This document shows, piece after piece, positions 58,910 through 64,000 of a DNA stretch of 64,000 nucleotides. Numbering within the stretch: the stretch's first letter is position 1; the number at the start of each line of letters is the position of its first letter. Under the pieces are notes generated by a model that had not been told where the DNA came from, made no database searches, and saw nothing but the letters and a program-made list of their open reading frames with translations. The DNA is from an uncultured Gemmataceae bacterium (GTDB taxonomy: Bacteria; Planctomycetota; Planctomycetia; Gemmatales; Gemmataceae), in assembly GCA_963750165.1 (NCBI GenBank), contig CAVVPN010000003.1, positions 1,696,001 through 1,760,000 on the forward strand. Direction: 5' to 3'. Both the position numbers and the translations under genes were made by a program.

Positions 58910-59235
58910 GTTCCGAGGCCCGACCCTGGTTCTCCGTCAGCCGGCCGGGGAGTTCCGTGTTGCGTTGCGCCGCGTGCCGCCAGGAGTTCGACCTCGGGGG
59001 GTCGGTCGCCGACCACCACCCAGCCGTGTGCCCGGTGTGTGGCGTCGAATGTATATTCGTTGACTGGAAGGATCGGATCGTTCAGGTCGTCACGGCCTCC
59101 GCCCCCGCACGGCTGCCCGAATTGATCCGCTGGCTGCAGAACAACTTCGACGAACTAGACTACGTGCAGTTGCTCTGTGCCCTGGAAGAACTAGCCGACG
59201 CCGTGGACTCCAGCCGCGAACCCCAGGTGCGATGA
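58906..59235 (+). CDS. Small Zn-ribbon protein (109 aa)
   Basis: CAAC...CPVC; acidic helical C-terminus; GGGAG RBS; ATGA overlaps at both ends. Confidence 0.72.
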   Translation: MSSEARPWFSVSRPGSSVLRCAACRQEFDLGGSVADHHPAVCPVCGVECIFVDWKDRIVQVVTASAPARLPELIRWLQNNFDELDYVQLLCALEELADAVDSSREPQVR

Positions 59236-60929
59236 AGGATACCGCGATGGCGATTCCCGAAGCGATTCCGATGGCGGCGCCCGCCGCGGCACCGCCGACC
59301 GCCCCCCGGGCCGAGCCCTGGGCCGACGCCGCGCGCCTGTTCGAACAGGCCCTCAAGACCGGACCTGCGGACCCACAGGTCGCGTACCTGCTCGCGCTGT
59401 GCTACAAGCGCCAGGGCAAGACCAACGACGCTCGCACTGCTCTGCGCAAGATCAGCAAGCCGGACGCCAACGTCCTCCTCCAGATGGGGCTGCTGTCCTT
59501 CCAGGAGAACAATTTCGCGCAGGCCGAGCAGGAATTCGCCCGCGCCCTGGAGATGGACCCGAACTCCTACGAGACCTGCTTCAATCTATTCCTGGCCCGG
59601 CTGTCGCTCGGCAAGATGGAACCCGTGCTGGCGCTGCTGCCCAAGCTCGGCGCCCTGGCCAGCGACCCCGACGAGCAGCGCTTCTTGCGCGTCACCGAGC
59701 CGCTGTTCCGCGACTGCATGAACCCGCGTTCCGGGCCGCCGCCGTTGCCCAAAAAGCAGGCCAACGGCGTCCTCGTCTATGACACGCTCATCCCGGAGAT
59801 GACTGCCGGCGATGAGGAGCGCTTCCTGCAGATCATCCGCAGCGTCAGCGACTTTGAGGTGATGTTCCCGCTGCTGCGCGGCCTGGCGACGGGCCGGCCG
59901 AACAGCCAGGCGGTGCAGGAGACGTTCCTGGAAGCGGTGCTGGTGCGCGGCAAACAGCTGGCCGACCACTGCGACTGGGACGAGGCCCGCCAGTTGCTGC
60001 AACCGCTGGCCCGGCTGCCGTTCGATCCCACCCGGGCGTCGCAGGAGGCGTGCGAGAACCACATCGCCATGCTCAACCTGCTCGGCTGTTGTGAGTGCAT
60101 GATGCAGGAGTTCGACGCCGGCATCCGCTACTTCCAGACCGCCCTGCGTATGGCCGGCAACGACGCCTGGCTGCACCAGAATTTGGCCCTGGCCTTCGAG
60201 TACCAGGGTCGCCTCGACCAGGCCGACACGCACTGGAACCGCTACTTCGATCTGCTCGACCGCAAGGTGCCGGTGCCGTCGCTGACCAATTACCTGGAGA
60301 CGCTGGCCTACGAGGGGCTGAACCGTTTGGCCGACACGTATCAGAAGAAGGAAAAGTGGAACAGCGCCCTGACATACCTGCAGCGCGCCCATCGGCTGCG
60401 GCCGGCGGACACCGAGACGCTGGAACGGCTGTTTCACCTGTATAATCAAGTGAAGCGGCCCGAGGACGCCCGGCGGACGCTGCGGCGGTTGCGCGAGATG
60501 CGGCCCAACGACCCGCAGTTCGAGTTGTACGAACTCGATTTGCGCGAGGTCAAGACGCTGGAAGACCTGGACCGCAAGCTGGCCGACATCCGCAAAACGC
60601 TGTCGCGCTATCCCAACGACGCCCGCGTTGAGGAGCGGGCCGTCAACATGGTCGGCGAGGTCATCCCGCTCATGGGCCGCCTGTGCGACCAGTTGACCGA
60701 CGAACTGAGCCGGGTCATCGACCAGGTGCGCAGCCTGCCGAACTACCAGATCAACTGGCCGGCGGTGCGCGACGTGATGCGCGACCTGCAGGAGCGCTTC
60801 CAGAAACTGCGGCGGATCACCAACAAATGCCTGGGACTGGTCACCAATGAGGAGCACCGCCGCATCATCCGCGACCTGAGCGACCACATTGACCGGAAGA
60901 TTGAGATGTGCCAGTCGATGGGGGCGTGA
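59232..60929 (+). CDS. TPR protein with C-terminal helical bundle
   Basis: TPR units (YLLALCYKRQGK, MGLLSFQENNFAQAEQEFARALEMDP, NLALAFEYQG). Confidence 0.88.
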   Translation: MKDTAMAIPEAIPMAAPAAAPPTAPRAEPWADAARLFEQALKTGPADPQVAYLLALCYKRQGKTNDARTALRKISKPDANVLLQMGLLSFQENNFAQAEQEFARALEMDPNSYETCFNLFLARLSLGKMEPVLALLPKLGALASDPDEQRFLRVTEPLFRDCMNPRSGPPPLPKKQANGVLVYDTLIPEMTAGDEERFLQIIRSVSDFEVMFPLLRGLATGRPNSQAVQETFLEAVLVRGKQLADHCDWDEARQLLQPLARLPFDPTRASQEACENHIAMLNLLGCCECMMQEFDAGIRYFQTALRMAGNDAWLHQNLALAFEYQGRLDQADTHWNRYFDLLDRKVPVPSLTNYLETLAYEGLNRLADTYQKKEKWNSALTYLQRAHRLRPADTETLERLFHLYNQVKRPEDARRTLRRLREMRPNDPQFELYELDLREVKTLEDLDRKLADIRKTLSRYPNDARVEERAVNMVGEVIPLMGRLCDQLTDELSRVIDQVRSLPNYQINWPAVRDVMRDLQERFQKLRRITNKCLGLVTNEEHRRIIRDLSDHIDRKIEMCQSMGA

Positions 60930-60975
60930 CCATAACTCCTCTCCCCCCTGAAGGGGCGAGGGGAGGAAGACGGAG

Positions 60976-61485
60976 ATGACCATGAGCAAGATTCCAACCG
61001 GGCCGGTGGTGCTGGAGCTGGCGCCGATGCCGCGCGAGCAGATCGGTCCGTTCCTGTTGCTTGGCCTGGACAAGACCGCGGACAAGACCGCCATCGACGC
61101 CAACTGGGCGCAGCGCATCAAGTGGGCCCGGCGCAATCAGCTCAAGGCACCGCTGGAGGACATCAACTGGGCGCGCGACATTGTCAGCGACCTGGACAAG
61201 CGCATCCGTGCGGACGCCGCCAGCTTCAACATTGACACCACCGAGGGCGTCCTGCGCCGCCTGTCCGAGCGCTATGAAAGCAGCCAGCACACGGCCACCT
61301 GCCGGCCGCTCGATGTCGAAAAGAACCTGGCCGACTATACTCCCCCTGCGGAACTGCCCGACCTCGCCGAGGCCCGCGCCGCCGTCATGGTGCCGGAGGT
61401 GCCGCAGGAGACGCCGGCGGTCGCGCACCTGCTGGAACAGTTTCTCCGCGAACCGCTGGACCCGTGGCAGGTCCACTTGTCCTGA
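60976..61485 (+). CDS. J-domain-like protein lacking the HPD motif
   Basis: PFLLLGLDKTADKTAI (helix I/II) and INWARDIVSDLDKR (helix III/IV) match the J-domain pattern; next to grpE and hsp70. Confidence 0.62.
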   Translation: MTMSKIPTGPVVLELAPMPREQIGPFLLLGLDKTADKTAIDANWAQRIKWARRNQLKAPLEDINWARDIVSDLDKRIRADAASFNIDTTEGVLRRLSERYESSQHTATCRPLDVEKNLADYTPPAELPDLAEARAAVMVPEVPQETPAVAHLLEQFLREPLDPWQVHLS

Positions 61486-61496
61486 GGAACGTCCGC

Positions 61497-62105
61497 ATGA
61501 ATGACGAATTGTTGCCGACCGCCCCGCGCTCCACCGCGCCTGCCGAAGAGGCCACGCTGGGCATGTCGGCGCTGTACAAATTGTTCGAGGCCTTCATCGC
61601 CCTGCGCGAGAAGAACGAACGCCAGCACAAGCTGTTTGAGCAGACGCTGACCAAGGCGCGCGACGCCATCCAGTCCAGCTTCAACAGCTTTGCCGCCGAC
61701 ACCCAGCGCGCCTACCAGCAGTTGCGCCAGGAGGTCCACGGCGAGAAGCGCGTCAGCGTTGCCCTGCTCAACGAATTGCTGGAACTGGGCTTCGACCTGG
61801 AGCACATCGTGGCGGCACGGCCGGTGCTGATGCTGACCGGCGCTGAGGCCGAGGCCATGAACCGCTGGGCGGACGGCATCGAGGTCGAGTGCCGCAAGGT
61901 GCAGGACGCCCTGCGCAAGCACGGCATCCTGCCGTACGACGCGGTGATCGGCGCGGTGTACGAGCCAGCCCTGCACGAGCGCGTCGGGGCCAAACGCGTC
62001 GAGGGCATGGACGCGCTGCGCGTCGCCGCACAGGTGCAGCACGGTTACGCCAGCAAGCAGCCAGAGTTCGTGCTGCGGCGGCCGAAAGTGATTGTGACGG
62101 AGTGA
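61497..62105 (+). CDS. grpE: GrpE-family nucleotide exchange factor
   Basis: N-terminal coiled coil; GAVYEPALHERV...QHGY...VLRRPKVIV. Confidence 0.85.
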   Translation: MNDELLPTAPRSTAPAEEATLGMSALYKLFEAFIALREKNERQHKLFEQTLTKARDAIQSSFNSFAADTQRAYQQLRQEVHGEKRVSVALLNELLELGFDLEHIVAARPVLMLTGAEAEAMNRWADGIEVECRKVQDALRKHGILPYDAVIGAVYEPALHERVGAKRVEGMDALRVAAQVQHGYASKQPEFVLRRPKVIVTE

Positions 62106-62123
62106 AATGAAGGTCTTTAGCCC

Positions 62124-62163
62124 GATTGATCGATTCGCGCTCGCCAGCGCGAATCGATCAATC
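62124..62163. other. Perfect 18-bp inverted repeat between grpE and hsp70
   Basis: GATTGATCGATTCGCGCT-CGCC-AGCGCGAATCGATCAATC. Confidence 0.85.
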
Positions 62164-62197
62164 AATGCAATAAAACTGGCACCCAGGATACCCCCCA

Positions 62198-63934
62198 ATG
62201 GCGTACATCGGCATCGATTTCGGCACCAGTAATTCCGTCGTGGCCAACTTCCAGTTCGGCCACGCGGAGGTCATCCCCAACAAGGAAGGGCACAAGTGGA
62301 CGCCCTCCGTCGTGACGCTGCGCCGCGACGGCAGCCTCGCGTTCGGTCAGGAGGCCAAGGAAAATTTCGACGAGCAGCGCTCCATCCGCAGCATCAAGCG
62401 CATCCTCGGCACGCCGGAGCGTGTGCCGCTGGTCGGCCAGAACCTGCGCACCGAGCAGATCGCCGTCATGCTCTTCAGCCTGCTCAAGCGCGACGCCGAG
62501 CAGCAGTTGAACGAAACCATTAGCAAGGCGGTCGTGACCATCCCGGCCAACTCGAAGGGCCTGGCCCGGCACGCGACCAAGCTCTGCGCCGGCGCCGCCG
62601 GCATGCAGGTACTCACGCTCATCAATGAGCCGACCGCCGCGGCCATCTGTTATGGCCTGAACGCGCAGGAAGATCAAACGGTCCTGGTCTACGACTTCGG
62701 CGGCGGCACCCTTGATGTGACGATCCTGCGCATCCACCACGGCCTGTTTGAAGAGATCAGCAGCAAGGGTATCGGCAAACTTGGCGGCGACGATCTCGAC
62801 CTGGCGCTGGCCAACGTCGTCGCCCGCCGCTTCCAGGACAAGACCGGCTATGACATCATGAACTCGCCGCACCGGCAGCAGTTCATGCTCGCGGTCGAGA
62901 AGGCGAAGATCGAACTGTCGAGCCAGCAGGCGACGGTGGTGCGCAAGGCCAGCTTGGTGCCGGAGCGCAATTTGAACCTCGAAGAGGAAATCGACCGCGC
63001 CACCTTCGAGCGCGAGATCATGCCGCTGGTGGTCAAGTCCGGCACCGCCATCGACGAGGCGCTGAAGTTGCGCGGCTTCCGACCCAAGGACATCGACAAG
63101 GTGCTGCTCGTCGGCGGCACCTCGAAAATCCCGCTCATCAAGCGGTTCGTCACCGAGCGCATGGCCGGCAAGGAGCCGGAGTCGTTCGAGAAGGTCGATC
63201 CGATGACCTGCGTCGCTCAGGGGGCGGCCATCGTCTCGGCCATTCTGCAGGGCGCCCCCGGCCTGGACAACCACGCTTACAGCGTCAAACTGGAGCACTC
63301 GCTGTGCGCCAATCCGATCAACGAACGCCGGCAGGTGTACCTCGACCCGATCGTCAAGCGCGGCAGCGACATCCCGTGCTCGTTCACCAAGACGTACCAT
63401 CCCGTGGCGGACCCGGCCGAGCGCGTGGTCATCTGCGTCTACGAGGGCGACCTGTACGACAACCCGGAGAGTCCGGAGAACGTCAAGTTGGCGGAGATTC
63501 CGTGGGAGTTCCAGCCGCCGCGGCCGCAGCGCGACGGTGCCCTGGAGGTCACGTTCGAGTACGGCGATGACGGCATTTTGACGGTGCAGATCACCGACCT
63601 GCACGCTGGCCACAAGAAGCGCTTCGCCATCCAGCAGAGCGGCCAGGATCAGATGGACGCGACGCAGATCATGAAGATGAAGCGCATCAACGAGGACCTG
63701 CTCAAGCGCGGCAACGAACTGGAGACCTCGCAGGAGTACCGCGACGCGCTGGAGGTGCTCAAAAAGACCGAGCAGGACGTGATCCCCAAGGTAGAGAGCC
63801 CCAGCGACAAACGCGAACTGGAGGAACTGTGCCGGCAGGTGCGCGAGGCGATGGGCGCCGGCGACAAGAAGCGCATGGAGGACGCCAGCGCCGCCCTGAA
63901 CGACCGCCTCCTGAATTACGCGTATTTGCTGTGA
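62198..63934 (+). CDS. Hsp70 family chaperone, non-housekeeping DnaK paralog
   Basis: IGIDFGTSNS, TPSVV, AVVTIPA, INEPTAAA, VYDFGGGTLDVT, LGGDDLD, VLLVGGTSKIP; atypical interdomain linker. Confidence 0.95.
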   Translation: MAYIGIDFGTSNSVVANFQFGHAEVIPNKEGHKWTPSVVTLRRDGSLAFGQEAKENFDEQRSIRSIKRILGTPERVPLVGQNLRTEQIAVMLFSLLKRDAEQQLNETISKAVVTIPANSKGLARHATKLCAGAAGMQVLTLINEPTAAAICYGLNAQEDQTVLVYDFGGGTLDVTILRIHHGLFEEISSKGIGKLGGDDLDLALANVVARRFQDKTGYDIMNSPHRQQFMLAVEKAKIELSSQQATVVRKASLVPERNLNLEEEIDRATFEREIMPLVVKSGTAIDEALKLRGFRPKDIDKVLLVGGTSKIPLIKRFVTERMAGKEPESFEKVDPMTCVAQGAAIVSAILQGAPGLDNHAYSVKLEHSLCANPINERRQVYLDPIVKRGSDIPCSFTKTYHPVADPAERVVICVYEGDLYDNPESPENVKLAEIPWEFQPPRPQRDGALEVTFEYGDDGILTVQITDLHAGHKKRFAIQQSGQDQMDATQIMKMKRINEDLLKRGNELETSQEYRDALEVLKKTEQDVIPKVESPSDKRELEELCRQVREAMGAGDKKRMEDASAALNDRLLNYAYLL

Positions 63935-63939
63935 CCGCT

Positions 63940-63991
63940 TCTCTGCGGCTTGCCGCTTAGCGGGCTAGCGCTAAGCGGCAAGCCGCAGAGA
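63940..63991. repeat. Long palindrome after hsp70 (REP-like / transcript 3' end)
   Basis: TCTCTGCGGCTTGCCGCTTAGCG / CGCTAAGCGGCAAGCCGCAGAGA. Confidence 0.75.
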
Positions 63992-64000
63992 CTCAGACCC

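Noticed and set aside
62198..63934. Calling this gene the housekeeping dnaK in a heat-shock operon
   Set aside because: Divergent linker, short C-terminus, no canonical dnaJ or hrcA, and no CIRCE (TTAGCACTC-N9-GAGTGCTAA) seen

Overview
High-GC (~70%) bacterial DNA, most consistent with a planctomycete (Gemmataceae-like) from the RRLxLExLExR export motif, the kinase architecture and the repeat families. Positions 1-24016 (minus strand) hold one giant surface protein gene (>8000 codons, running off the left edge). It contains beta-helix repeats, 2 LamG, Calx-beta-like, ~17 CARDB-like, Ig/cadherin-like, RHS/YD-like and dockerin-like modules, and is interrupted by a 1-bp frameshift near 15558. 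The middle of the window is housekeeping and signalling genes: gluconolactonase, a RelE-type toxin-antitoxin pair inside a 71-bp duplication, FHA-GAF histidine kinase, ABC exporter, FAD-oxidoreductase/methyltransferase fusion, U32 protein, 3-beta-HSD-like SDR, PDZ protein, Ser/Thr kinase, kdsB, pyrG, DRG-like GTPase, purine nucleoside phosphorylase, CPBP protease, FHA protein, radical SAM and DUF1080. Several palindromic repeat families are interspersed. The strongest candidate novelty is at the right end. A ~560-nt, highly base-paired non-coding transcript unit (promoter at 52875-52902, terminator at 53425-53465, two mutually exclusive helices around an orphan Shine-Dalgarno) lies directly before an eight-gene non-housekeeping Hsp70 locus: degenerate Hsp70, membrane-anchored TPR, ParB-like, Zn-ribbon, TPR, HPD-less J-like, GrpE and DnaK-like. 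Five genes show small-deletion frameshifts that are probably assembly errors. All family calls come from motif recognition by eye, not database searches.
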